Shown: piece by piece, positions 8,004-14,744 of the stretch
Layout of the letters: each line of letters starts with the position of its first letter
How positions within the stretch are numbered: the first letter of the stretch is position 1
IMG/VR virus record: IMGVR_UViG_2585427758_000010
Location: 1 to 14,744 of that record
Length of the DNA stretch: 14,744 nucleotides
Source of the DNA: a virus
Taxonomy: Duplodnaviria > Heunggongvirae > Uroviricota > Caudoviricetes
Strand: one strand, 5' to 3'
Made by a program: the position numbers and the translations under genes
Notes under the pieces: generated by a model
What the model was told of the DNA's origin: nothing
Seen by the model: the letters and a program-made list of their open reading frames with translations, nothing else
Database searches by the model: none

Positions 8004-8435
8004 TCATCCCTGATCTCCAAGCCTCTCTCGAAAACCATTCTGATAAAACGCCAGCACACGCTGCATAACTTCGCTCTTCCGGCACTCGCGACAGATTATG
8101 TTCAGACGCCTGTCGTAGCGGCGTATTTCTCCGTCTGGTAATGACCAGATAAGGTCCGGATCAACCACAGATGGTTTCTTCACCTTTGCCCTGGATAGTT
8201 TTTTGCGGGCATTTTGCCAGTCCTTACGAGCCTGTTCAGACGGGAATAACCCGTAACCAGAGTTGTATACATCGCCACTGGCAACCAGCTCTCTGGCGAG
8301 AACGCTCATCAGATATCTTGTCGCACCTGTCTTGGCTTCCAGTTGCCGTAACGTCTCGCGCCCACTCCGGCGTACTAGCTCAACAACCTGCCCTTTAATT
8401 TTTTCCCGCTCTTCTTGTGTAAATACTTTTGCCAT
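8004..8435 (-). CDS. Hypothetical prophage protein (143 aa)
   Basis: ATG at 8433-8435 preceded by GGAGG at 5-nt spacing; the track ORF 8004..8450 begins at an upstream TTG. Product MAKVFTQEEREKIKGQVVELVRR... with a CRECRK motif. No family assigned. Confidence 0.7.
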   Translation of the reverse strand: MAKVFTQEEREKIKGQVVELVRRSGRETLRQLEAKTGATRYLMSVLARELVASGDVYNSGYGLFPSEQARKDWQNARKKLSRAKVKKPSVVDPDLIWSLPDGEIRRYDRRLNIICRECRKSEVMQRVLAFYQNGFRERLGDQG

Positions 8436-8450
8436 AAGCGCCTCCGGCAA

Positions 8451-9212
8451 TCACTTTTCCGATACAACACGGCGGGAAGAATCAGTAATCTGTCGAACAA
8501 TATCCCGGTGCTTGTTCAGCTCCCGCAGCGCGGCGCAGACTCGCTCCCACTTCTGGACATGATTTTTCGCCCGACGCAGTTCGCGGTTTGCCATATGCAG
8601 TGATGGTAAAACCAGGTCATCCGCTCGCGTTTCAGTAAACGATGGCAGCGACTGCACAATGTCCGCCACAGTTTCTGTTTTAATATCTTCCTGTGTTGCA
8701 GCCTCCTGTACTGGTAACGCAACACCTGCGGTATGAGGAAAGGCCTTACCATCAGTTTCCGCTACCGATGCTGCTTTCGGCTCTGCTGGTAAATTATCGC
8801 CCGGTATGCAGTAACGAAATTTACCGCCCTGATTTACGCGAATCAGACGACCTTTGCTGATTGCCATTGCCAGCGTTGAAGCCACTTTGCGTGATGTGGT
8901 ACCAAACAATGTAGCCAGCTCATCAGCCATTTGTGGTCCTCGTTGTTCAATCGTCGCGGTTAAATCGCACTCTGAGATTTTCGCTACTGTTGCTGTGGTG
9001 ATTTCTTCCGGCAGTTCTGCCTGCGCTGGCTGTTCCTGCTGAACGTTGTTATCAGCCACACGCCAGGTGTACGCGCTTTTATCAACAAAACCAGCCTTTT
9101 TCAGTTCCCATAGTTCGTTCAGCACTTCTTCACGACTGATATCAAGTCGCGCAGCAAGTTCTATGGATGTGGCTTTTCCCATTGCTTTCAGTGCGTCAAA
9201 AACAGTCTCCAT
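8451..9212 (-). CDS. Hypothetical protein with an N-terminal winged-helix-like segment (253 aa; alternative start at 9263 gives 270 aa)
   Basis: ORF with [43 protein letters not shown]... at the N-terminus. GGGAG lies 9 nt upstream of ATG 9210-9212. The in-frame ATG at 9263 would overlap the DnaC-like gene by 29 nt. Confidence 0.65.
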   Translation of the reverse strand: METVFDALKAMGKATSIELAARLDISREEVLNELWELKKAGFVDKSAYTWRVADNNVQQEQPAQAELPEEITTATVAKISECDLTATIEQRGPQMADELATLFGTTSRKVASTLAMAISKGRLIRVNQGGKFRYCIPGDNLPAEPKAASVAETDGKAFPHTAGVALPVQEAATQEDIKTETVADIVQSLPSFTETRADDLVLPSLHMANRELRRAKNHVQKWERVCAALRELNKHRDIVRQITDSSRRVVSEK

Positions 9213-9234
9213 TAAATTTTTCTCCCGGTAAAAA

Positions 9235-9981
9235 TTACTTCGCAATTCCTGGCTGGACGACATTCGGACGCCAGCTCTCCCAGTTAAAATTCACCCATAG
9301 CCCGCCGTTCATGGTCATGCGATCCATAATCCGCTCGCCGAGCAATGTTTTCATGGCCTCATAGTTCAGGTTTGTCAGCATCCCCACGCTGCGCATCGAC
9401 GCTGTCCGGCGATCAACAATCTGGTGCAGTACCACCTGCTCGTTTTTCGTCTCGCGCTGAATGCCAATTTCATCAAGAACCAGCAGATCCACTTCGCACA
9501 GTTCCCGCAAAAATTTTTCGCCTGACTGCCCATCGTCATAGCTGGCGTGGAGGGCACTCATAACATCAGCCACGGTAACCACAATCACTGTCTGACCGTC
9601 TTTCAGCAGGCGATTCCCGATAGCTGCTGCTAAGTGGTTCTTCCCGGTACCAGGTTTTCCGCTAAACGCGAAATTTGTGCATCCGGTCATCAGTTCATCA
9701 GCGATAGATTTCGCCTGGCTCAACGCGTATCGCTGACCGTCGTTCTGCACCTGGTAATTCGCAAACGAGCATTTACGGTGCAACGGCTGGATGCCTGAGC
9801 GATTCAGAATTTTTTCCACCCGCAACTGGCGATTCAGGCGGTTGATCTCCTCGCTACGTTTCTGGCCTTCAGCAAGTTGCCACTCGTGCCACTCCGCTAC
9901 CGTTCTGAATGGGGCGGTTACATGTGGCGGAGCCAGTCTTCGGATACGTTCAAGAACGCCGCCTGCCGCAATGTTTTTCAT
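9235..9981 (-). CDS. DnaC-like replicative helicase loader (IstB/DnaC ATPase family), lambda P analogue
   Basis: 248-aa ORF with Walker [16 protein letters not shown], Walker B LLVLDEIG, and size and position typical of prophage DnaC homologues such as Rac YdaV. Confidence 0.9.
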   Translation of the reverse strand: MKNIAAGGVLERIRRLAPPHVTAPFRTVAEWHEWQLAEGQKRSEEINRLNRQLRVEKILNRSGIQPLHRKCSFANYQVQNDGQRYALSQAKSIADELMTGCTNFAFSGKPGTGKNHLAAAIGNRLLKDGQTVIVVTVADVMSALHASYDDGQSGEKFLRELCEVDLLVLDEIGIQRETKNEQVVLHQIVDRRTASMRSVGMLTNLNYEAMKTLLGERIMDRMTMNGGLWVNFNWESWRPNVVQPGIAK

Positions 9982-9987
9982 GACACG

Positions 9988-10950
9988 TCACCCCCTGAAT
10001 CCCGGCGGTATTTCAGTGTCCGGTTCAGAAATGTGATTCACGCAACGCTGCGCAGGCAAACGCCCCAGGCGGATAACCAGTTCATCCCATTTTTCCCGGA
10101 GTTTTGCCGGACTCATGATGTTTTTTACCCAGAACGAATCCCGCTGGAGACGCCCAAACATTTCACAAATTTGTCTGTGAGTTCTGCCATCCAGCATCCG
10201 CATTGTGCGAACGTCATTGGCCCATGCTGTCCAGTTGGGTTCTTTCGGTCTAGTGATCTCGCCATCATAGCTGGCCGCCTGCTCGTAAAGACTCACGATT
10301 CGTCCCCAGATCCACTGTGCGCACACCAAATCTTCCTGACTTCCCCACTGGCGTTTTTTCGCACTGAACACAACCGCGTCAGGGTGTCGGGTTAAAAAAT
10401 CCTGTTCAGCCGTCTGCGGGTCCGGTTGCGAAGCGTCCGGACAAGAAGATCTTTTATCTGACGGATCAGGTTTTAATACTGACGGATCGGGGTCAATCAT
10501 CGGCCCCCTAATCGGCAGTTTTTTATCAACAGTTGATCCATCAAAATTTGACGGGTCAACCGTTGAGGGGTCAATATTTGACGGGTCAACTGTTAACGGG
10601 TCATTTTTTGCCGGGCTAATTTTTCTTTTCGGTTTATATGACTCACGCGCCGCCGCCGCAGCTGCTTCGAGTTTTTCCACATTAAGCCGATAGATATTGC
10701 TTACATTACGCCCACCGACCTTACGCTCTTCCTTCGTCAGCCAGCCCTCTTTCGCCAGTTCTGCAATAGCCGATTTCACTGTGGATTCACTTCTTGCACC
10801 GATCTGACGCCGGATAGTTTCAATGGCAGGCCATGACACGCCCTCGTCATTGCTGTAGTCTGCAAGACGGGCCATAACCGCCACCCTGGATAAGATCATG
10901 CCGGTGAAGGCGCACCCTTCCCAGACAAGACCATGAAGCTTGCTGCTCAT
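9988..10950 (-). CDS. Replication initiator / replisome organiser (lambda O-like or YdaU-like), containing the putative origin
   Basis: N-terminal winged-helix-like segment (...WPAIETIRRQIGARSESTVKSAIAELAKEGWL...), a central repeat-encoded linker (DPLTVDPSNIDPSTVDPSNFDGSTVD) and a C-terminal domain. ATG at 10948-10950 is preceded by a G-rich RBS; the track ORF starts at an upstream GTG (10965). Confidence 0.8.
   Translation of the reverse strand: MSSKLHGLVWEGCAFTGMILSRVAVMARLADYSNDEGVSWPAIETIRRQIGARSESTVKSAIAELAKEGWLTKEERKVGGRNVSNIYRLNVEKLEAAAAAARESYKPKRKISPAKNDPLTVDPSNIDPSTVDPSNFDGSTVDKKLPIRGPMIDPDPSVLKPDPSDKRSSCPDASQPDPQTAEQDFLTRHPDAVVFSAKKRQWGSQEDLVCAQWIWGRIVSLYEQAASYDGEITRPKEPNWTAWANDVRTMRMLDGRTHRQICEMFGRLQRDSFWVKNIMSPAKLREKWDELVIRLGRLPAQRCVNHISEPDTEIPPGFRG
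10527..10643. repeat. Iteron-like array plus adjacent AT-rich tract: putative phage origin of replication inside the initiator gene
   Basis: Five tandem units of about 15 bp, each a TTGA-N4-TCAA dyad: agTTGAtccaTCAAaa, atTTGAcgggTCAAc, cgTTGAggggTCAAt, atTTGAcgggTCAAc, tgTTAAcgggTCATt. The 15-mer ATTTGACGGGTCAAC is identical at 10546-10560 and 10576-10590. Followed by TTTTTTGCCGGGCTAATTTTTCTTTTCGGTTTATAT. Lambda ori has the same layout inside gene O. Confidence 0.5.
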
Positions 10951-10972
10951 AAACCCCCCGAACACCGTGCTT

Positions 10973-11398
10973 TTAGTGCATCACCACAGCATTCCCTGCC
11001 GGGCCGCCGCGATTCATCTGGTCATACAAAACAACCGCTGACGCAACAAAATCATCGACATCCTTCACCAGCCGATCCCTCCGTTCGACGATCTCACGGT
11101 AATATTCAGAACTGTGGCTGCGCATACGGGCCACCAGCAAAGGCGGCATCGCCTTTTCGATCGCCGGTAACAGAGCCTGCATTTTTTCAACAGCATCAGG
11201 GGTGTCTTTATCCAGCCAACGGAAAATTTTCTGGGTATTACGGGCCAGGGCTTCCGGATGGCTGTCGTCATACAGTTCCGGGAACGTCATTCCCAGCTCG
11301 AAATACGCTTTGGTAATTTTCGCAGCCGGCACTTTTTCGCCGTCCGGATGCGCCCAGACATTCATCGCCATGCGGATGTGTTCATGCTTGATTTTCAT
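10973..11398 (-). CDS. YdaT-like protein (cII-position gene of Rac-type immunity regions)
   Basis: 141-aa ORF directly downstream of the Cro-like gene, with AGGAG 9 nt before the ATG. N-terminus MKIKHEHI... Assigned by synteny with the Rac racR/ydaS/ydaT arrangement. Confidence 0.7.
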   Translation of the reverse strand: MKIKHEHIRMAMNVWAHPDGEKVPAAKITKAYFELGMTFPELYDDSHPEALARNTQKIFRWLDKDTPDAVEKMQALLPAIEKAMPPLLVARMRSHSSEYYREIVERRDRLVKDVDDFVASAVVLYDQMNRGGPAGNAVVMH

Positions 11399-11663
11399 GA
11401 ATCAAGCTCCTAGAAAGTGGTTGTGTTAACGTTTTGGTATCTTCCAGCTCGGGCCAAATATTCATCCAATCAAAAGGCCTTAGTTGCTGACGTGTAACTT
11501 CACCATTACTGGCTCGCTCAATAAGGACACATAACGATGCCCCTAACACTTGACCTTTACTCAATGCCTTTCTTAGATAACCGATGCTGGTACCACACTC
11601 GCATGCAAACATACGCTGTTCATCTGACGAAAGAGAATTGAGAAATATTCTTAATTCTTCCAT
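11382..11663 (-). CDS. Cro-like HTH protein of the YdaS family, first gene of the PR-like operon
   Basis: 93-aa ORF with a perfect AAGGAG SD 5 nt before the ATG. HTH region ...CGTSIGYLRKALSKGQ... and the motif LIERASNGEVTRQQLRPFDW that I associate with YdaS-type proteins. Divergent from the repressor gene. Confidence 0.8.
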   Translation of the reverse strand: MEELRIFLNSLSSDEQRMFACECGTSIGYLRKALSKGQVLGASLCVLIERASNGEVTRQQLRPFDWMNIWPELEDTKTLTQPLSRSLIHENQA

Positions 11664-11689
11664 AGCTACTCCTTAGTAAACACAGCAAA

Positions 11690-11735
11690 GAATACCCACA
11701 GGTAAACAAAAGTCAATACCCACAGGTTGTTTACC
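11690..11735. promoter_or_regulatory. OR-like operator/promoter region between divergent Cro-like and repressor genes
   Basis: Direct repeat AATACCCACAGGT at 11690-11702 and 11714-11726, each holding the dyad-ended 12-mer TACCCACAGGTA, plus inverted GGTAAACAA / TTGTTTACC. On the minus strand a TTGACT -35 and a TATTCT -10 at 16-nt spacing overlap these repeats. On the plus strand TATTAT lies 6 nt before the repressor ATG with no SD. Confidence 0.5.
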
Positions 11736-11763
11736 TTGCGGTAATCGCATCTATTATTTACCT

Positions 11764-12183
11764 ATGGACAAATATGAATTTAGACGACAGCAACTCATCA
11801 AAATTCGTGATGAGAAATGCGATGGTAAAGCGGTTAACGTGGCCAGAAAGATCGGGCGCGAGCCTTCTTATGTATCAAGAATGTTGTACCCAGAGGGGAA
11901 AAAGGGAAAAAAACGGATCGCTGATGATATGGTGGAGATTATCGAAGAGTCCTTTGGGTTACCCCGGGGATGGATGGATGGTATCGTTTCATCATCAACG
12001 AACACAGCCTCCAGTTATGAAACAAGGGTTCTAACGCCACGACAACGTATTTTTTTAGATCTCTTAGACGAACTGCCAGAAAGTGAAGCGGATAAATTAT
12101 TAAAAACTCTTGAAGAGAAAAAACAGTATTACAATATGATCTACGAAGAAATCCGTAAAAAGAAAGCACAAAACGCATCATAG
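11764..12183 (+). CDS. Prophage repressor, RacR/DicA-like (cI analogue, XRE-type HTH)
   Basis: 139-aa ORF with HTH ...KAVNVARKIGREPSYVSRML... and a C-terminal LDELPESEADKLLKTLEE segment reminiscent of DicA-type repressors. Divergent from the Cro-like gene, and no SD before the ATG. Confidence 0.8.
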   Translation: MDKYEFRRQQLIKIRDEKCDGKAVNVARKIGREPSYVSRMLYPEGKKGKKRIADDMVEIIEESFGLPRGWMDGIVSSSTNTASSYETRVLTPRQRIFLDLLDELPESEADKLLKTLEEKKQYYNMIYEEIRKKKAQNAS

Positions 12184-12225
12184 CTCACCAAACAACTAGT
12201 CACCAGTTAAGACACCGCAAAAATT

Positions 12226-12262
12226 TACCCATGGGTATTTACTTTTTAAATACCTATGGGTA
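12226..12262. promoter_or_regulatory. OL-like operator pair and probable PL-like promoter
   Basis: Perfect palindrome TACCCATGGGTA at 12226-12237 and near-copy TACCTATGGGTA at 12251-12262. Together they form a 35-bp near-perfect inverted repeat ACCCATGGGTATTTA-CTTTT-TAAATACCTATGGGT. Same TACC...GGTA core as the OR repeats. Possible -35 TTTACC and -10 TAAATA at 17-nt spacing. Confidence 0.45.
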
Positions 12263-12448
12263 TCCTTCTTTTCATACCAACCCACCCCGCCCCACAGAAT
12301 GCAGGGCAATACTTCGAGTTACCAGGCAGTGGTCAGGGGTTAAGTAGCCAGCCCGAGGCGTAAGAACATGACGGCAGGGTTCAACTTTAATAACTATGCA
12401 GCAGGTTTTTGTTCCGCTACCCCGGCGTTAAGGGGAAATGAGGTCAAC

Positions 12449-12601
12449 ATGGATATGCTCAATCTTGGCAACAACGAATCTCTGGTATGTGGCGTGTTCC
12501 CCAACCAGGACGGCACGTTTACCGCGATGACGTATACCAGAAGCAAAACGTTTAAAACTGAAGCTGGCGCGCGTCGCTGGTTAACCAGAAACACTGACTG
12601 A
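12449..12601 (+). CDS. Small protein (50 aa), YdfA/YdaF-like by position
   Basis: ATG 12449 preceded by GAGGT at 4-nt spacing. Product MDMLNLGNNESLVCGVFPNQDGTFTAMTYTRSKTFKTEAGARRWLTRNTD. It is the first gene after the repressor, as ydfA is in Qin and ydaF in Rac. The longer track ORF from 12368 has no RBS. Confidence 0.55.
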   Translation: MDMLNLGNNESLVCGVFPNQDGTFTAMTYTRSKTFKTEAGARRWLTRNTD

Positions 12602-12612
12602 TGAGGTTGACG

Positions 12613-13014
12613 ATGGAATTTAAAGATTTACCAGTACCATTCCAGGAAATGGCATCGAATGTGGTTCGCTCTCAACTGGCGACTCTTGACCTGAGTACCG
12701 TAGAAAAAGAAACCATCGATACTATATCCGGTAACGTGCGTCGTGCCTTTATAGGTCTGTATGAAGAGAAGCGCCTATTCGGCGGACAGAATTCGCCTGA
12801 AAACAAGAATCAAGCAAATGATGAGAAGCTGAAACACATTATCGCCTTACTTTTGGAAGACGCAAAACGTCTACAGCAACTGGAACCAAATGCAGGCACA
12901 GAGGCCCGCATTTGGATTGCCATGAAATCACTCAAATGTGAAAGCAGTGATTATTTCAAAACAACAATTAAAACTACTCAACTTTCGGGAGAGCTACTGA
13001 AGAAATTGCCATAA
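12613..13014 (+). CDS. Hypothetical protein (133 aa), no recognisable domain
   Basis: ATG 12613 preceded by GAGG at 6-nt spacing; the ATG at 12601 overlaps the upstream stop and lacks an SD. Lys/Glu-rich, AT-richer than neighbours. Its 3' end overlaps the convergent minus-strand gene by 41 bp. Confidence 0.55.
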   Translation: MEFKDLPVPFQEMASNVVRSQLATLDLSTVEKETIDTISGNVRRAFIGLYEEKRLFGGQNSPENKNQANDEKLKHIIALLLEDAKRLQQLEPNAGTEARIWIAMKSLKCESSDYFKTTIKTTQLSGELLKKLP

Positions 13015-13252
13015 GAGCATGGTCTTTCTCTTGTTCTGCAAGATGAGCATTAATACCTGGTATGGTTTTTTCAAATTTATCTATCTGTTGAATAACAACT
13101 TCGCGGTATACGTTTGTTTTTGTACCACCAAGCGCAGCCGTTAATGCAGAAAGCATATTTAGTATCATATCAGTGCGATATGAAAGAATCCTGATAGCTT
13201 CATCTTGTTTTTCAATAATAGATTGCAGGGCCTCAATTTGCTTTTTATCCAT
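12974..13252 (-). CDS. Hypothetical protein (92 aa), probably coiled-coil, convergent with the 133-aa gene
   Basis: Strong AGGAGG SD 6 nt upstream of ATG 13250-13252. Product MDKKQIEALQSIIEKQDEAIRILSYRTDMILNMLSALTAALGG.... The longer track ORF to 13291 starts at a non-RBS Met. Confidence 0.55.
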   Translation of the reverse strand: MDKKQIEALQSIIEKQDEAIRILSYRTDMILNMLSALTAALGGTKTNVYREVVIQQIDKFEKTIPGINAHLAEQEKDHALMAISSVALPKVE

Positions 13253-13584
13253 TTCACCCTCCTGAGGGTTGGTAATTAAGGAGTTCTCCACGGGTCAGGT
13301 GGAGTGCGTGCGCCGGACACGGGTGAACATCCGGCACTGACAGTTTACTGAAAGGATATGTCCCTGAAAAGTCAGGGCATAACGCGAAAGCGCACGGCGA
13401 AATTGGTCTCTCTGTACGGTGTCGTTAAATTTAGTTCGACCGTGCGCTTCCGGTTGTGGCAATCCGCGAAATGGTGCGGCGGTAAGTATGGCGGGGTTAT
13501 TCCTTCCCCCGTTGAGGACACCGGGTTGTCAGGTTGACCATACGCTTAAGTGACAACCCCGCTGCAACGCCCTCTGTTATCAAT

Positions 13585-13642
13585 TTTCTGGTGACGTTTG
13601 GCGGTATCAGTTTTACTCCGTGACTGCTCTGCCGCCCTTTTT
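13585..13642 (+). ncRNA. dicF: DicF small regulatory RNA (Hfq-dependent sRNA of the dicB operon)
   Basis: TTTCTGGTGACGTTTGGCGGTATCAGTTTTACTCCGTGACTGCTCTGCCGCCCTTTTT matches my recollection of the 53-nt DicF RNA and ends in a GC-rich element plus T5. It sits about 170 nt upstream of dicB, the position it has in Qin. Identity is from memory, not a search. Confidence 0.6.
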
Positions 13643-13811
13643 AAAGTGAATTTTGTGATGTGGTGAATGCGGCTGAGCGCACGCGGAACAGTTAAAACCA
13701 AAAACAGTGTTATGGGTGGATTCTCTGTATCCGGCGTTAATTGTTAACTGGTTAACGTCACCTGGAGGCACCAGGCACCGCATCACAAAATTCATTGTTG
13801 AGGACGCGATA

Positions 13812-14000
13812 ATGGAAACGTTATTACCAAACGTTAATACGTCTGAAGGTTGTTTTGAAATTGGTGTCACTATCAGTAACCCAGTATTTACTGAAGATGC
13901 CATTAACAAGAGAAAACACGAACGGGAGCTATTAAATAAAATATGCATTCTTTCAATGCTGGCCCGTTTACGTCCGATACAAAAAGGATGCTGGCAATGA
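13812..14000 (+). CDS. dicB: Cell division inhibitor DicB
   Basis: 62-aa product METLLPNVNTSEGCFEIGVTISNPVFTEDAINKRKHERELLNKICILSMLARLRPIQKGCWQ closely matches the DicB sequence I recall. GAGGA RBS upstream. Stop overlaps the ydfD start as ATGA. The track ORF 13707..14000 is an N-terminally extended version. Confidence 0.85.
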   Translation: METLLPNVNTSEGCFEIGVTISNPVFTEDAINKRKHERELLNKICILSMLARLRPIQKGCWQ

Positions 14001-14188
14001 ATACAGCATTTGCACTTGTTCTGACAGTTTTTCTTGTTTCCGGAGAGCCAGTTGATATTGCAGTCAGTGTTCACAGGACAATGCAGGAGTGTGTGACTGC
14101 AGCAACCGAACAGAAAATTCCCGGTAACTGTTACCCGGTCGATAAAGTTATTCACCAGGATAATAACGAAATCCCGGCAGGTCTTTAA
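13997..14188 (+). CDS. ydfD: YdfD (Qin-type small lysis-associated protein)
   Basis: 63-aa product MNTAFALVLTVFLVSGEPVDIAVSVHRTMQECVTAATEQKIPGNCYPVDKVIHQDNNEIPAGL with a hydrophobic N-terminus. Translationally coupled to dicB. Matches my recollection of YdfD. Confidence 0.75.
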   Translation: MNTAFALVLTVFLVSGEPVDIAVSVHRTMQECVTAATEQKIPGNCYPVDKVIHQDNNEIPAGL

Positions 14189-14280
14189 AACAGTTCCGTA
14201 ATAAATATCCGGTTTCATTCTTATATGCCAGCAATGGCAGGGATTTGTTCACCCTTAAATCTGTAATGAGGTAAAACAAA

Positions 14281-14462
14281 ATGAGTAAAGTCTTTATTTG
14301 CGCCGCCATTCCGGACGAACAGGCAATAAAGGAAGAAGGTGCCGTCGCTGTAGCCACTGCCATTGAAGCCGGTGATGAACGTCGCGCCCGCGCAAAATTT
14401 CACTGGCAATTCCTGGAACATTATCCGGCTGCTCAGGACTGCGCTTATAAATTTCTTGTCTG
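14281..14462 (+). pseudogene. ydfE-like gene truncated by IS1 insertion
   Basis: GAGGT RBS then MSKVFICAAIPDEQAIKEEGAVAVATAIEAGDERRARAKFHWQFLEHYPAAQDCAYKFLV. The last seven residues and stop of the track ORF (WVMTPTY*) are encoded by the IS1 terminal repeat, so the native reading frame is interrupted at 14462/14463. Confidence 0.6.
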
Positions 14463-14744
14463 GGTAATGACTCCAACTTATTGATAGTGTTTTATGTTCA
14501 GATAATGCCCGATGACTTTGTCATGCAGCTCCACCGATTTTGAGAACGACAGCGACTTCCGTCCCAGCCGTGCCAGGTGCTGCCTCAGATTCAGGTTATG
14601 CCGCTCAATTCGCTGCGTATATCGCTTGCTGATTACGTGCAGCTTTCCCTTCAGGCGGGATTCATACAGCGGCCAGCCATCCGTCATCCATATCACCACG
14701 TCAAAGGGTGACAGCAGGCTCATAAGACGCCCCAGCGTCGCCAT
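14463..14744 (-). mobile_element. IS1 insertion sequence, partial (insB-proximal end; rest beyond window)
   Basis: Terminal inverted repeat GGTAATGACTCCAACTTATTGATAGTG begins at 14463, followed by sequence encoding the InsB C-terminus on the minus strand. Confidence 0.9.
14478..14744 (-). CDS. insB: IS1 transposase InsB, C-terminal 88 codons (5' part beyond the window end)
   Basis: Translation [88 protein letters not shown] is the C-terminal portion of IS1 InsB as I recall it. Stop TAA at 14478-14480 lies inside the IS1 terminal repeat. Confidence 0.9.
   Translation of the reverse strand: MATLGRLMSLLSPFDVVIWMTDGWPLYESRLKGKLHVISKRYTQRIERHNLNLRQHLARLGRKSLSFSKSVELHDKVIGHYLNIKHYQ

Noticed and set aside
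7786-8085. 99-aa minus-strand ORF spanning the ATPase upstream region
   Set aside because: It overlaps the ATPase start and the 143-aa gene in other frames and runs through the AT-rich intergenic promoter region; no RBS.
9345-9563. Short ORFs on both strands inside the DnaC-like gene
   Set aside because: Embedded in a gene with unambiguous Walker motifs; typical shadow frames of GC-rich coding sequence.
10500-10640. Tandem repeats considered as a possible CRISPR array or VNTR
   Set aside because: The units are 15-bp dyads with no spacers, inside a coding region, followed by an AT-rich tract; this is the iteron layout of a phage origin. No CRISPR-like repeat-spacer structure was seen anywhere in the window.
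12368-12448. N-terminal extension of the small YdfA-like ORF (track start 12368)
   Set aside because: No RBS at 12368, whereas the internal ATG at 12449 has GAGGT at proper spacing; the extension would also run into the leader downstream of the operator palindromes.
13292-13600. Possible tRNA or attachment site in the GC-rich non-coding stretch
   Set aside because: No cloverleaf-compatible arrangement or GTTCRA-type T-loop in proper context (AGTTCGACC does not fit). More consistent with a structured leader or sRNA precursor.
13613-14218. 201-aa minus-strand ORF antisense to DicF/dicB/ydfD
   Set aside because: The product is Cys/His/Asn-rich with no domain. The plus strand encodes translationally coupled DicB and YdfD with RBSs and recognisable sequences, so this is an antisense artefact.

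Overview
This window reads as a fragment of a lambdoid (Rac/Qin-like) enterobacterial prophage, ending in the right end of an IS1 copy. On the minus strand runs the PR-like early operon: a Cro-like YdaS-family HTH gene, a YdaT-like gene, a replication initiator with iteron repeats inside its coding sequence, a DnaC-like helicase loader, two hypothetical genes, then an AT-rich inserted cassette, then a 92-aa ORF, a DUF968/YdfU-like HNH protein, RusA, a lambda-Q-family antiterminator, candidate tR'-like terminators, a small ORF and a 3'-truncated beta-class DNA amino-methyltransferase. The cassette is the main finding: a 384-aa AAA+ ATPase and a 754-aa subtilisin-like S8 protease in one overlapping operon, which matches the architecture of the IetAS anti-phage system, plus a convergent 28-aa hydrophobic peptide gene and a bidirectional terminator. 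On the plus strand, divergent from the Cro-like gene, lies a RacR/DicA-like repressor followed by a PL-like operon: a small YdfA/YdaF-like ORF, two convergently overlapping hypothetical genes, a GC-rich untranslated stretch, the DicF sRNA, dicB, ydfD and a ydfE-like gene cut by IS1. All identifications rest on my own reading of motifs, synteny and recalled sequences; no database search was possible.
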